Source: Armatimonadota bacterium
GTDB taxonomy: Bacteria > Armatimonadota > SYMT01
Direction of reading: 5' to 3'
DNA length: 64,000 bases
NCBI GenBank assembly: GCA_041690135.1
Contig: JAWLHY010000001.1
Location: forward strand, 1,184,001-1,248,000
Below the pieces are notes generated by a model. It was given only the letters and a program-made list of their open reading frames with translations, was not told the DNA's origin and did no database searches. The stretch's first letter is position 1. Each line of letters opens with the position of its first letter. The position numbers were made by a program, and so were the translations under genes. Below are positions 34,968-44,669 of the stretch, in pieces.

Positions 34968-36956
34968 TTGTCACTCGCCTCCGCAGCCCGAATCCACAGC
35001 CCCAGGCGTTCCTTTACCAGTGAGGTGTTTTGCCTGGTCCGCCCTGTGCTGTTGGCCGGCGTTGCCAATGCGCTGCTTTTCTTCTCCGTGGATCGCACCC
35101 AGCCCTGGACGGTAATCTCCGCGGTGATGGGTATGGCGTTGCTAGGGGCGGTTTTGACCCGGCAACTGAACCAGATCCTGTCCCTCGAACGCGAAGTGGC
35201 CCAGAAGGCGGACCAGCTTTCCGTGTTCACGGAGATCGTGTCGTCGCTGAACGCCAACTCCAACCTCGGCAGCACCCTGGGCACGGTTCTGGATCGCCTT
35301 CGGGCCACCATGCAGGCCGATGCGGCAGCAGTCTGGTTGCCGGCTGCGGACGATAACGGACGGCTGGTCCTGGTCGAAGAGAGGGGTCTGCCGGATCCCG
35401 AGCAGGAGGGCGAAATTCTGCACCTGCTCGAGGCCGCGGTAAACCAGAGCGGGTCGCGACTGCTCCGCCATACGTTGGTGTTCCACGACCTTCCCGGCGG
35501 TGGGTCCTCCGCGCGCTGCCTGACCGTGCGGATGGGCTGGGAGGGGGAAGACCTGGGCTATATTTCACTGATGAAGGCGGAAGGAGAGTTCACGGACGCG
35601 GAGGGGGCCATCCTTTCCGCGGTGGGGAACGACATCGCCGGAGCCCTGCGCAGCATCCGGCTGCTGAGTGAGGCCCGACGCTTGGCGGATAAGGACCCGG
35701 TGACTGGTCTCTTCAACCACCGTACCGCCTATCGACGCCTCCACACGGAGCTGGAGCGGCACATTCGCACGGACAAGCCCATGTCCGTGCTGATGATGGA
35801 TCTGGACAACTTCAAGCTCTTCAACGACACCTACGGCCATCCGGCGGGCGATGAAGTGTTGAAGCGCGTCTCCAGCCTGCTGCGGAAGTCCTGCCGGGAA
35901 ACGGATACTGTCGCCCGCTATGGCGGGGATGAGTTCCTGGTCATCCTACCGGAGACCAGTCTTCGGCAGGCAGTGCGCTGCGCGGAGCGGATCCAGGCTA
36001 ACCTGGCGCGCGAGCGTTTTCGCTGCGAGGACTCGGCCCCCCTCCCCATCGGGTTCAGTTACGGCATTGCATCTTTTCCCGACGATGCCCGCGAGGTGAT
36101 GGAGCTGGTTTCCACCGCGGACGCCAACCTCTACCAGTCCAAAACGGCCGGAGGTAACCAGATTACCGCCCGAGGTAACGCGCCAACCGACAACAGCCTG
36201 GTGTACGTCAAGGGCTTCGACCTGTTCCGCGCGATGGTGGCCGCCATCGACAACAAAGACGGTTATACTCGCAAGCACAGTGAGGAAGTGACCAGTTATT
36301 CGCTGGAGATTGCCAAAGCCATGGAACTGGGCGACGAGATGCTCCAGACGATCCAGGTTTCCGGACTGCTCCACGACGTGGGCAAGATCGGAGTGCCGGA
36401 CCACATCCTGCGTAAGCCCGGGCGGCTGACCGACGAGGAGTTCCACGTGATGCAGCAGCATCCGGTGTTCGGCGCGCTCATCGTGGGGGCGATCCCCGGG
36501 ATGGATCACGTGGTCCTGGGGGTTCGGCATCACCACGAGCGCTTTGACGGACGGGGTTATCCGGACCGGTTAGCCGGAGACCAGATCCCGCTCATCGGAC
36601 GGATCATGGCGGTGGCGGATGCCTACTCCGCCATGACGACCACCCGTCCCTACCGGAAAGGCCTGACGGAACGCCAGGCCCTGGGTGAGATCCAGAAGGG
36701 GTTGGGTACGCAGTTCGATCCCGAGATCGGAGCATTGTTCATCCGGCTGCGCGAATCAGCGGTTGAGAAAGACGGCGACTGCAGAGCCGATGAATCTGCG
36801 GCTTCACCCGTAAAGACAAAGGGAGCCCGACGTAAGACCTCGCCCAAGACCGAATCTGCGAGGGTGAACGGAGAGGGGGAGGTGCTCCCGACGATGGAAG
36901 CATCTCTGGAACGGCCCCAGGCGACCGGCACGGAGGCCGCTCCTGCGGCCTGCTGA
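34968..36956 (+). CDS. Membrane GAF-GGDEF-HD-GYP c-di-GMP synthase/phosphodiesterase
   Basis: Two TM helices, DLDNFKLFNDTYGH, I-site RETD, RYGGDEF, LHDVGKIG, HHERFDGRGYP. Start uncertain. Confidence 0.92.
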   Translation: MSLASAARIHSPRRSFTSEVFCLVRPVLLAGVANALLFFSVDRTQPWTVISAVMGMALLGAVLTRQLNQILSLEREVAQKADQLSVFTEIVSSLNANSNLGSTLGTVLDRLRATMQADAAAVWLPAADDNGRLVLVEERGLPDPEQEGEILHLLEAAVNQSGSRLLRHTLVFHDLPGGGSSARCLTVRMGWEGEDLGYISLMKAEGEFTDAEGAILSAVGNDIAGALRSIRLLSEARRLADKDPVTGLFNHRTAYRRLHTELERHIRTDKPMSVLMMDLDNFKLFNDTYGHPAGDEVLKRVSSLLRKSCRETDTVARYGGDEFLVILPETSLRQAVRCAERIQANLARERFRCEDSAPLPIGFSYGIASFPDDAREVMELVSTADANLYQSKTAGGNQITARGNAPTDNSLVYVKGFDLFRAMVAAIDNKDGYTRKHSEEVTSYSLEIAKAMELGDEMLQTIQVSGLLHDVGKIGVPDHILRKPGRLTDEEFHVMQQHPVFGALIVGAIPGMDHVVLGVRHHHERFDGRGYPDRLAGDQIPLIGRIMAVADAYSAMTTTRPYRKGLTERQALGEIQKGLGTQFDPEIGALFIRLRESAVEKDGDCRADESAASPVKTKGARRKTSPKTESARVNGEGEVLPTMEASLERPQATGTEAAPAAC

Positions 36957-36993
36957 TTCTGCGCCCGAAGGGTTCTCTGAGCTTAAATATCTG

Positions 36994-38277
36994 ATGCAAG
37001 TCAAACTCGATTACGGCCGCGACGGCCTCGATGTCCAGATTCCCGATCGCAATCTGGAAGCCATCCTCACCCTGAACCATGCGCGGCCAGTGGCGGACGG
37101 CGGTATGGCCGTGCGCGACGCACTGCAGCGGCCGGTCGGCTGCCCGCCGTTAGCAGCCCTGGCGCGTGGCCGCGAATCCGCCTGCGTGGTCATTTCCGAC
37201 ATCACCCGACCCGTGCCCAACCGCGTGATTCTGCCACCCCTCCTGGGCACGTTGGAGATGTGCGGGATCCCTCGCGAGAAGATCACGATTCTCGTGGCCA
37301 CCGGTACCCACCGGGCCTGTACGGCTGCCGAATTGGAGGAGATGGTCGGGCCCAACATCGTGGCGGGCTACCGGATTGAGAACCACGATGCGCGGGACCC
37401 AGAAACACACCGCTACCTGGGTGAGACTCCACGGGGCGTGCCGATGTGGGTCGATACTCGCTTTCTCGACGCCGACCTGAAGATCTCGGTGGCGTTGATC
37501 GAACCCCATTTCATGGCCGGCTTTTCCGGCGGCCGCAAGTCGATCTGCCCCGGAATCTGCTCGATGGAAACGGTCAAGGTCTGGCACGGTCCCCGGTTCA
37601 TTGGGCACGAACGTTCGGATAGCGGGTCGGTAGACGGCAATCCCGTCCACGAGGACGCGCTCTACGTGGCAGGGAAGGCCGGCCTGGAGTTCATTTGCGA
37701 TGTCACCATCGATGCTGCTCGCAGCATCACCGGGGTGTATGCGGGTAGCCCGGAAGCGGCCTGGCTCAAAGGGGTGGGCGCGGTACGGAGCGTGGCGCAG
37801 GCGGAGTTGGAGCAGCCTGCGGATATCGTGGTGACGAGCACGGCTGGTTACCCGCTGGACCAGACCTTCTATCAGGCGGTAAAGGGAATGGTGGGAGCCC
37901 TTCCGGCGCTCAAGGAGGGCGGAACGATCATCATCGCCTCCGAGTGTGCCGAGGGGATCGGCGGTGACGAGTTTACGCGCACCCTGCTGGAGAACGACGA
38001 TCTGGAAGCGGTGGTCGAGAAGACCTACGATCCTGCGTTCTTCGTTCCGGACCAGTGGCAGGTCCATGAGTTGCTTAAAGCGGTGCGGAAGGCCGAGATC
38101 CTGATGTTTACCGAGGGCATCTCCGCGGACCAGCTCTCCCGTTGCTTTGTCACCCCCATCTCCACGGTGGAAGAGGGCATCCGGCAGGCGATTGAGAAGC
38201 ACGGCTTCCGCTCCCGGATTGCGGTGATCCCCAAAGGACCCTATGTGATGCCCGTGGTAAAGGGATCCGACCAGTAA
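36994..38277 (+). CDS. larA: Nickel-pincer-dependent lactate racemase (LarA) family protein
   Basis: SDITRP, ATGTHR, IEPHFMAGFSGGRKSICPG, FYQAVKG. Substrate not assignable from sequence alone. Confidence 0.88.
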   Translation: MQVKLDYGRDGLDVQIPDRNLEAILTLNHARPVADGGMAVRDALQRPVGCPPLAALARGRESACVVISDITRPVPNRVILPPLLGTLEMCGIPREKITILVATGTHRACTAAELEEMVGPNIVAGYRIENHDARDPETHRYLGETPRGVPMWVDTRFLDADLKISVALIEPHFMAGFSGGRKSICPGICSMETVKVWHGPRFIGHERSDSGSVDGNPVHEDALYVAGKAGLEFICDVTIDAARSITGVYAGSPEAAWLKGVGAVRSVAQAELEQPADIVVTSTAGYPLDQTFYQAVKGMVGALPALKEGGTIIIASECAEGIGGDEFTRTLLENDDLEAVVEKTYDPAFFVPDQWQVHELLKAVRKAEILMFTEGISADQLSRCFVTPISTVEEGIRQAIEKHGFRSRIAVIPKGPYVMPVVKGSDQ

Positions 38278-38349
38278 CGCCTACCGCCAGGGGGAAGGGG
38301 CGCTGGCCATCCGGGCGCGGCTCGTGAAAACGGTCGCGCTCCGGATATT

Positions 38350-38724
38350 CTAGACGGACCAGCGAATTTCATCGAGGGGCTTATCCGTTCCCGCTCGGCG
38401 CTCCTGATCCCACGCGCGGAAGCGATCCTCCAACCACTTTTCCTGGGCCTCGGTCAGACCGACCCAACGCATCCCCACGCGCCCCTCGCACGACCAGACC
38501 ACCTCCGCCTCCAGTTCCTGCGTCCAGTGGACCAGGGCGTCCGTGAGCAGGAGCTGCAGGCGATCCCCGCTGCGGAGTGGGGATCGGGACGTCAGGCTGA
38601 CACCGCCGTGGCTGACGTCGTGGATCTGTGCCGCCAAGCTGCTGACGCGGAGGGGCGGCGCCGGGATGCGCGGATGCTGCCGGCGGGCAGCCCCCCGGAG
38701 ATCTCTACCTTCACTTGCGGACAT
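38350..38724 (-). CDS. PilZ domain protein
   Basis: RRQHPR (RxxxR) and DVSHGG (DxSxxG), EAEVVW. Start may be upstream (38787). Confidence 0.85.
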   Translation of the reverse strand: MSASEGRDLRGAARRQHPRIPAPPLRVSSLAAQIHDVSHGGVSLTSRSPLRSGDRLQLLLTDALVHWTQELEAEVVWSCEGRVGMRWVGLTEAQEKWLEDRFRAWDQERRAGTDKPLDEIRWSV

Positions 38725-38969
38725 ACCGGGTGCTCTTCCAAAAAGGGCGTGAGCGTCCGTCCGGTGTACCGGATGGACGACAACCAAACGTCTTTCTCTC
38801 TTTCTCCCGAGCCGCCCCCATCTCCTCCTTTCGATGGAAGCTGTGTGCGTCGTTTCACGGTCTTCTCACTTCGGGTAGCATCTGTTGCGCAACTCGGGGT
38901 TCGCTCCCTTCACAAGTCAGGACGGCTCCGGGCGCGCGGCATATTCCGGCGGGGGAGAGGGAGTAGGGC

Positions 38970-40148
38970 GTGCGCACCACGAAGAGGTTGCCGTGGGCCA
39001 GATGGGGACTGATTCTGACCGCGTTACTGGCGGCGGGCTGGTTGCTCTGGGCGGGCCGGGGCATCTGGTTTCCGGTGTCCATCGCCTTTGTGATTGCGAT
39101 GGTGCTCGACCCGTATGTCGATCGTCTGGAGAACCGTGGCTTCTCCCGCAGTAGAGCGACCGGATTGGTGTTCCTGCTTTTCCTCACGCTGACGGCGGGC
39201 CCGGTCCTTCTGTTGACACCGGTGCTCAGCCAGCAGGCTACCTCCATCGCCGGCGACCTTGGAGGCCTGTTCCCTGATTCGGGGGAGCCTGACCTGGTGC
39301 CTGCCATCCGGCGGGTGCTGACGCGGTTGGAAGCCCATCCGGCCCTGCGCGACGCGCTTCTCGACGCCGCGCGCACGGGTACCGAGCGGCTCTCGACCAC
39401 TCTCCAAAGGACCTCCGAACTCGTGCTTCTCTGGGCGCCGAACCTGGTATGGTTCCTGGTGGTTCCCGTGCTGGCGTTCTATCTTCTGAACGACTTTCAC
39501 CGGATCTACGCCAAGGCGATTCTGCTGGTTCCGGCTCGACATCGTCCGGAGACGCAGGAAATTATCGCGGAGATAAGTGCGCTCTTCGGGAAGTATATTC
39601 GCGGTCTTGCCTTCCTTTGCGCTCTGCTGGGACTGGGGATCGCGGGTTTGCTGCTCGGCCTGGGTGTGCGGTACTGGCAGTTTCTCGGCCTGATTGGCGG
39701 TGTACTCTACGCGGTGCCGGTGGTCGGGCCGCTCTGCACCCTGGGATTGGTGGCCCTGGTGACGCTGGTCACCGGTTCGACATCGCAACTGCTCCTGGCC
39801 ACCGGTTCGCTGGTTTTGCTCACCCACGGTCTCTTCGACCAGATCTTGACGCCCCGGGTGCTGGGCCGGCAGGTGGGTCTGCATCCCGTCTTTACTATCC
39901 TGGCGCTTTTGCTGGGCTTCCAGATCTGGGGGATTACGGGGATGCTGGTGGCGGTGCCCTTGGCGGCCAGTATCCAGACCATCATCGTGCATCTGGTGCC
40001 CAAGCTGGGCGTGGAACTGGACCTCCGCTCCCTTCAGGAACTCCAGGAGACGGAAGAAGCCACCCGGGAGGCGCACCAGCATGCGGAAGAGCATTCCCTG
40101 GACGAGCACTTCCGTTTGAACGCGGTTGTGGAGAACGTGGAGCGTTGA
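38970..40148 (+). CDS. AI-2E (PerM) family transporter
   Basis: LDPYVDRLE, FYLLND, LTPRVLGRQVGLHP, GMLVAVPLAA. Confidence 0.9.
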   Translation: MRTTKRLPWARWGLILTALLAAGWLLWAGRGIWFPVSIAFVIAMVLDPYVDRLENRGFSRSRATGLVFLLFLTLTAGPVLLLTPVLSQQATSIAGDLGGLFPDSGEPDLVPAIRRVLTRLEAHPALRDALLDAARTGTERLSTTLQRTSELVLLWAPNLVWFLVVPVLAFYLLNDFHRIYAKAILLVPARHRPETQEIIAEISALFGKYIRGLAFLCALLGLGIAGLLLGLGVRYWQFLGLIGGVLYAVPVVGPLCTLGLVALVTLVTGSTSQLLLATGSLVLLTHGLFDQILTPRVLGRQVGLHPVFTILALLLGFQIWGITGMLVAVPLAASIQTIIVHLVPKLGVELDLRSLQELQETEEATREAHQHAEEHSLDEHFRLNAVVENVER

Positions 40149-40220
40149 AGAGCGGCTCACGCCCTGCTCGGATCAGCGCTTCCTGTTGAGAGAGTGCATG
40201 CCGAACGGCGGGGGAAATGC

Positions 40221-40276
40221 AAGAATGGGGGAATGAGTGCGGCTCCGAACGTAGCCGCACTCATTCCCCCATTCTT
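40221..40276. terminator. Long hairpin, probable bidirectional terminator between convergent genes
   Basis: Perfect 24-bp inverted repeat AAGAATGGGGGAATGAGTGCGGCT / AGCCGCACTCATTCCCCCATTCTT with an 8-nt loop. Confidence 0.7.
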
Positions 40277-40322
40277 TACTTCATCCACTCGCCAGGGTCT
40301 TCCACTCCACCCGACCCATGGG

Positions 40323-41402
40323 TTAGCGGTTGACGATGACGTTGCATTCCTTGCGGACGGAGCGCTTCGCGCCGCTCAAGTCGCGGACCGTAAGGGTGAC
40401 CAGGTACGGTTGCGGCTCACCCGGACGCCCGGGGGCATCCGGGCTAGGCTTGAAGAAAGCCTTGTGAACGACCTGGCCGATGGCGTCTTCCTGAAGACCG
40501 TCGCTCTTGTCGAAGTCCCACACATACTGCAGGGGAGAAAGACCTCCCGTGGCCTGCGCGCGGAACTCGATCAACTCGCCTACGGACCGTTCTTCATCGT
40601 CGACGGGGTCCGCATTGATGGGCTCGTCGTCTACGGTGGTGCGAATCTCCCCGATCCAGAACGTGTCCTTGTAGTTGCCGAAAACGCGGATCTCCTGAAT
40701 CTTGGCGGTATCGACTTTGTCCAGGCCGTTGAACTTGACGAACGGGATGGCCACGGAATACCAACCATCCTGCGCGGACGGCAGCATCAGGTTGGGGAAG
40801 TCGGTGGCGGTGAAGGTCCCCTCTTCGCACTTGATCTGGACCTTGACGAAATCAGTATCGGGCCGCAGTTGCTCTTCCGCGGGCGCGGCTCCCGGCGCTC
40901 CCGGAAAGCCCCCTCCTGGGAACGCGCCCGGAAAGCCGCCGATCTCCCCGGGGGCTCCTCCCTCGGCAAAGGCGCCACCGCTCCCCGGGCTTGCCGGGGC
41001 TCCCCCTGAACCCGGATAACCCATTTCCGGATTGTTGTTCTCCTGCTGCCGTTCCTTCTTCTTGCCGGGCTGGAACTTCACGACAAACTCGAGGAAGCCG
41101 AACGGGTCATTCTTAACGGCGGAGATATCTTTGGGCTCCTCAAACTCGATTCGGCCGCCGGCATAGTAACCGTTGGTTTCGACTTTGATGGAGGCTTCTC
41201 CAATGGTCTTGTAGGTCGCGTCCGCGGTGGCCATTCCGCTACCCCAGCCACCCAGTTTGATCCCTTCGGCGCCGGCCGCACCGCCGACATACAGGTCGAT
41301 CTGACCCGTGCCGCCCTGGGCCTGTCCCGGCACGCTGCCGGCGAGACCTACACCCAGTCCCAGCAGGCCAGCCATCCAGATCGATGCGTGAGCTCGTCGC
41401 AT
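40323..41402 (-). CDS. Secreted hypothetical protein with Gly/Pro-rich insert and C-terminal PKD-like domain
   Basis: Signal peptide, beta-rich body, LQYVWDFD...YLVTLTVRD PKD-like pattern. Confidence 0.75.
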   Translation of the reverse strand: MRRAHASIWMAGLLGLGVGLAGSVPGQAQGGTGQIDLYVGGAAGAEGIKLGGWGSGMATADATYKTIGEASIKVETNGYYAGGRIEFEEPKDISAVKNDPFGFLEFVVKFQPGKKKERQQENNNPEMGYPGSGGAPASPGSGGAFAEGGAPGEIGGFPGAFPGGGFPGAPGAAPAEEQLRPDTDFVKVQIKCEEGTFTATDFPNLMLPSAQDGWYSVAIPFVKFNGLDKVDTAKIQEIRVFGNYKDTFWIGEIRTTVDDEPINADPVDDEERSVGELIEFRAQATGGLSPLQYVWDFDKSDGLQEDAIGQVVHKAFFKPSPDAPGRPGEPQPYLVTLTVRDLSGAKRSVRKECNVIVNR

Positions 41403-41463
41403 GGTATCCGTCTCCGTCTGTTCAGTCTCGGCTCTGCAGCCGCCAATTCACAATACGCTGCGC

Positions 41464-42243
41464 TCAGTGAGCGCGTTCCTGAATCCGCCGCAGCGCCACG
41501 GTCTTTCCCGTCGCCGCATCCAGTTCCGCCACCAGGCCGCACAGGAGCGCGGGCTTATCCGGCACCTCGAAACGCACGGGCATCCGCGTTAAGAACCGTT
41601 CGATTACTGTTTGCTTCTCGACGCCGATGACACTATCCTCCGGACCGGTCATGCCGAGATCCGTCAGAAAGCCCGTGCCGCCCGCCAGGACCCGCTCATC
41701 GGCGGTCTGCACGTGGGTATGCGTGCCGAACACCAGGCTGGCACGCCCGTCCACGTAGTGCGCGAACGCCGCCTTTTCGGAAGTGCTTTCTGCGTGGAAA
41801 TCCACTACGACGAGCGACGTTTCCCGCCGCACCTCCTCATAGATCGTGTCGAACGTCCGGAAGGGGCACTCGAGGGGTTCCAACCCCGCCAGTCCCAGCA
41901 GGTTGATCACCGCGATCCGCCCGGTCCGTCCATCAAACACGCCCCAGCCGGAACCGGGGGTGAGGCCCGGAAAATTAGCGGGACGCAGCAGGCGCTCTTC
42001 CTGCTCGATGTAGGAGTAAATCGTCCGGTGCTTCCAAATATGGTTTCCGCTGGTGAGGCAACCCGCCCCACCCTCCAGGAGTTCGTCGGCGATCTCGGGG
42101 GTAATGCCGAACCCTCCGGCGGCGTTCTCGCAGTTAACGATGGTGAAGTCCGCCCGGTGCACCCGGGCCAGGTCCCGTCCCAACTGCTGAAAAGCCCGGC
42201 GCCCCGGCTTTCCCACGATATCGCCGATGGCGAATACGCGCAC
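41464..42243 (-). CDS. ymdB: YmdB/TIGR00282 metallophosphoesterase
   Basis: GDIVGKPGR, NCENAAGGFG, TSGNH, DFHAESTSEK, GTHTHVQTAD, TDLGMTGP. Confidence 0.95.
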   Translation of the reverse strand: MRVFAIGDIVGKPGRRAFQQLGRDLARVHRADFTIVNCENAAGGFGITPEIADELLEGGAGCLTSGNHIWKHRTIYSYIEQEERLLRPANFPGLTPGSGWGVFDGRTGRIAVINLLGLAGLEPLECPFRTFDTIYEEVRRETSLVVVDFHAESTSEKAAFAHYVDGRASLVFGTHTHVQTADERVLAGGTGFLTDLGMTGPEDSVIGVEKQTVIERFLTRMPVRFEVPDKPALLCGLVAELDAATGKTVALRRIQERAH

Positions 42244-42310
42244 GCACTACCCACACTTTCTCAATTAGACTCCGCCGAACGCGGCAGGGTTTCATCTTAC
42301 CACAGACGCA

Positions 42311-44401
42311 TTACTGGCCCCGGTACCGGTTAAGCGGCCAGTCCCGGAGCAGCGCCAGGCGCGTCTCTAATTCGTTGATCTCCCGGCCCAGGGCGTCTAC
42401 CGTCGGCATATCGGAGCGCCGGACCGCGGCGAGGCGCAGCCCGCGCAGGTGCACCAGGCGAGTGAGGTCATCCAGGGGTAGTTTCAACAACTCCTTCCGC
42501 GCGGCCTCCGCCTGCACGGGTGACTTCAAGTCCAGTTCGTAGATTCCCACGAGGCTGTATAGCGCGATCTCGCGCCAGAAGGTATCGGCGTACTTCTGTT
42601 CCAGGCGCTTGAGTTGGTCGATGGCGCGCCGGAACTCTCCCTGGGCGACCTGGGCCGCGGCTTCGTTGAACTCGTCTTCCGCTTTGCGCAGGTACTGCCC
42701 TCGCCGGGAGAGCTCCGTCACCGGGGAGGCTTCGGCCCCCAATGCCACGAGTGCCGCGGTGTTCGGCGCCAGCTTCAGCTCGACGACGGCCTCTCCCTCG
42801 CGGATCGGGTGCGCGATCACCTCTACCTGCGGCTTGTGCGGAGAAGTTTCCGCAAGCGCCCGCCCCAACTCGGGCGGCGCGGGTCGTGGCGATCCGGCGG
42901 CTACCCAGGCTTCGTACGGAGTGTTCAGGGTCGTATCGATCCGGTAGACCCGCAGGGGAAGCTGCAGCAGGTTCTTCGCCATCCCCGTGAAACGGACCCG
43001 GACGGTGGTAGCCTCGCCGGTCCCGGGCAGAATCGAAGGGTCGTAACGGTACACCAGCGCTTGCCCGCCATTGCGACCGGGCCCGTTGCGGGTCGCCAGC
43101 ACTCCCAGGTCGGCGCTGCTCTCCGTTTTGAGGCGCTCCGAGCCCATGCGGGAAAGCAGCATGTAAAGTCGGAAGGCCGGCAAGGGGAGTGCGTTCCGAC
43201 CGACGAGCGAGATCAAGGGTCGAAACCCGTCGAAGTGGTCGTCGATCAGGTCGCCTGCTCGGAAGACCATGTCCACGCCGCGGGCGGAGCGGGCGCTGGC
43301 ATCGACGAGGGCGGCGAGCCGGGCAGCCTCGTAGGCGGTGTGCGCGCGGGACCCTTCCACCTGGCCGCTACCACACTCACTCAGGATGAAGCGCAGGCCC
43401 TTGAGCTCCGGGTAATCCCGTTCGACCAGGGTGCGCAGTTCTTCGTTCCACCGGACGATATCCGTGGTCGGGCCGTAGCGGTGCCAGGAAACGAAGCTGA
43501 GGCGGGCCCCCTTTCCCCCAGTAACGGAGTTCTTGCCTCGCGCGCAGTGGGAGAGAAAGTGCCGTAGAAAGCTCACGTCACCCGCCAGTCCCGGTCCGCC
43601 GATCCGGATGCCGGGATCCACGCTGTCCGCGGCGGCGGCGAAGTGGTCGTAGAGGCGGTTGAACGGCTGCACGTGCTCCGCCCCTACCGGCTCCGTGAAC
43701 GGCGCCTCGCGACCGCCGGCCCAGGAGCCGAGGTGGTCCGGCTGGTCCCACACCTCGAAGTACCAGGTGCGCACTTCTTGCGCGCCGTACGTCTTCACCA
43801 GGCGCCGGAGCATCTGGGTGATCAGGTCCTGATAGCGACCGTAATCCGCGGGACGGTTGGCGGCGGCGCCGCCCTCGTTCCGCCGGATGGGTCCCTCCAG
43901 CAGCACGTCCGGAAGGCCGCCGCAGACGATGAACGGCTTCACTCCCGAGGCGAGCAGGGTATCCAGGACCCGCTCCAGCGCCTCCCAGCGGTAGAGGATC
44001 TCCCCGTTCGGCCCCTTTCCGGCCACCCGGCAGCCGGAGAACCACTCCGTGCGGCTCTTGGGTACCCCGTCCCCCAGCCAGTTGTAGCAGCGTACATAGG
44101 ATAAGGCGCCGGTCGCGCGGGCCCAGGAGAAGGCGGAGTCGGCGAGGTTGGAAGTCGCTTGCGCATAGACGGCGTCGCAGGTGATATTGGTGTAAGCGGC
44201 CGCCCGGAATGGCCCCTCCACCTGGGAAGTGTGCACCTTCACCTCGACGGGCTGTTTGGCTTCGTTGGCGGCCACACCGGCGCCGGGCGCGGCGGCGGCA
44301 CCGACTGTCGCGGCTGCCAGGGCAACCAGCGCAACTACCGGGTACAAGTCTCTAACCTTCAACTTTGGCCCTCTGGCCCCCGCAGGGGACTTCACCTTCA
44401 A
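42311..44401 (-). CDS. Secreted GH39 (beta-xylosidase/iduronidase-like) protein with C-terminal TPR-like helices
   Basis: YVRCYNWL, LDTLLASGVKPFI, YGAQEVRTWYFEVWDQPD, RIGGPG, SFVSWHRY, ILSEC. Start uncertain. Confidence 0.8.
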   Translation of the reverse strand: MKVKSPAGARGPKLKVRDLYPVVALVALAAATVGAAAAPGAGVAANEAKQPVEVKVHTSQVEGPFRAAAYTNITCDAVYAQATSNLADSAFSWARATGALSYVRCYNWLGDGVPKSRTEWFSGCRVAGKGPNGEILYRWEALERVLDTLLASGVKPFIVCGGLPDVLLEGPIRRNEGGAAANRPADYGRYQDLITQMLRRLVKTYGAQEVRTWYFEVWDQPDHLGSWAGGREAPFTEPVGAEHVQPFNRLYDHFAAAADSVDPGIRIGGPGLAGDVSFLRHFLSHCARGKNSVTGGKGARLSFVSWHRYGPTTDIVRWNEELRTLVERDYPELKGLRFILSECGSGQVEGSRAHTAYEAARLAALVDASARSARGVDMVFRAGDLIDDHFDGFRPLISLVGRNALPLPAFRLYMLLSRMGSERLKTESSADLGVLATRNGPGRNGGQALVYRYDPSILPGTGEATTVRVRFTGMAKNLLQLPLRVYRIDTTLNTPYEAWVAAGSPRPAPPELGRALAETSPHKPQVEVIAHPIREGEAVVELKLAPNTAALVALGAEASPVTELSRRGQYLRKAEDEFNEAAAQVAQGEFRRAIDQLKRLEQKYADTFWREIALYSLVGIYELDLKSPVQAEAARKELLKLPLDDLTRLVHLRGLRLAAVRRSDMPTVDALGREINELETRLALLRDWPLNRYRGQ

Positions 44402-44431
44402 ACCTCAATACCGGCCCCGCGAAGGCCCTTA

Positions 44432-44605
44432 AGGCTCGCGCGAAAATGAACTATACAGTTTCGGCCTGCGCGCACGGCGAGAGAGTATAGTTCCACTTCC
44501 CGTGAAACGTGGAGCGAGTGATCTGTACGGCGGTCAGTTCCGCGTCGGTCATAAGGACGCCCGGCGGGTAGTTCCGCGCTGTAGTCCAGCTCCTGCAGCA
44601 AGCCT
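44432..44605 (-). mobile_element. ISAzo13-family transposase 3' remnant with probable terminal inverted repeat
   Basis: Frameshifted GLLQELD / RNYPPGVLMTDAELTAVQITRSTFHGKWNYTLSP resembles the ISAzo13 transposase C-terminus (LD...YPxG...FHGEWNYTI.P). Candidate element end AGGCTCGCGCGAAAAT at 44432. Confidence 0.72.
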
Positions 44606-44669
44606 GCCACCGTGCGGGCCTTGATGGATCCGCTTTCGGGAGCACTATACCCGTTCCGGAATGGCCCAG

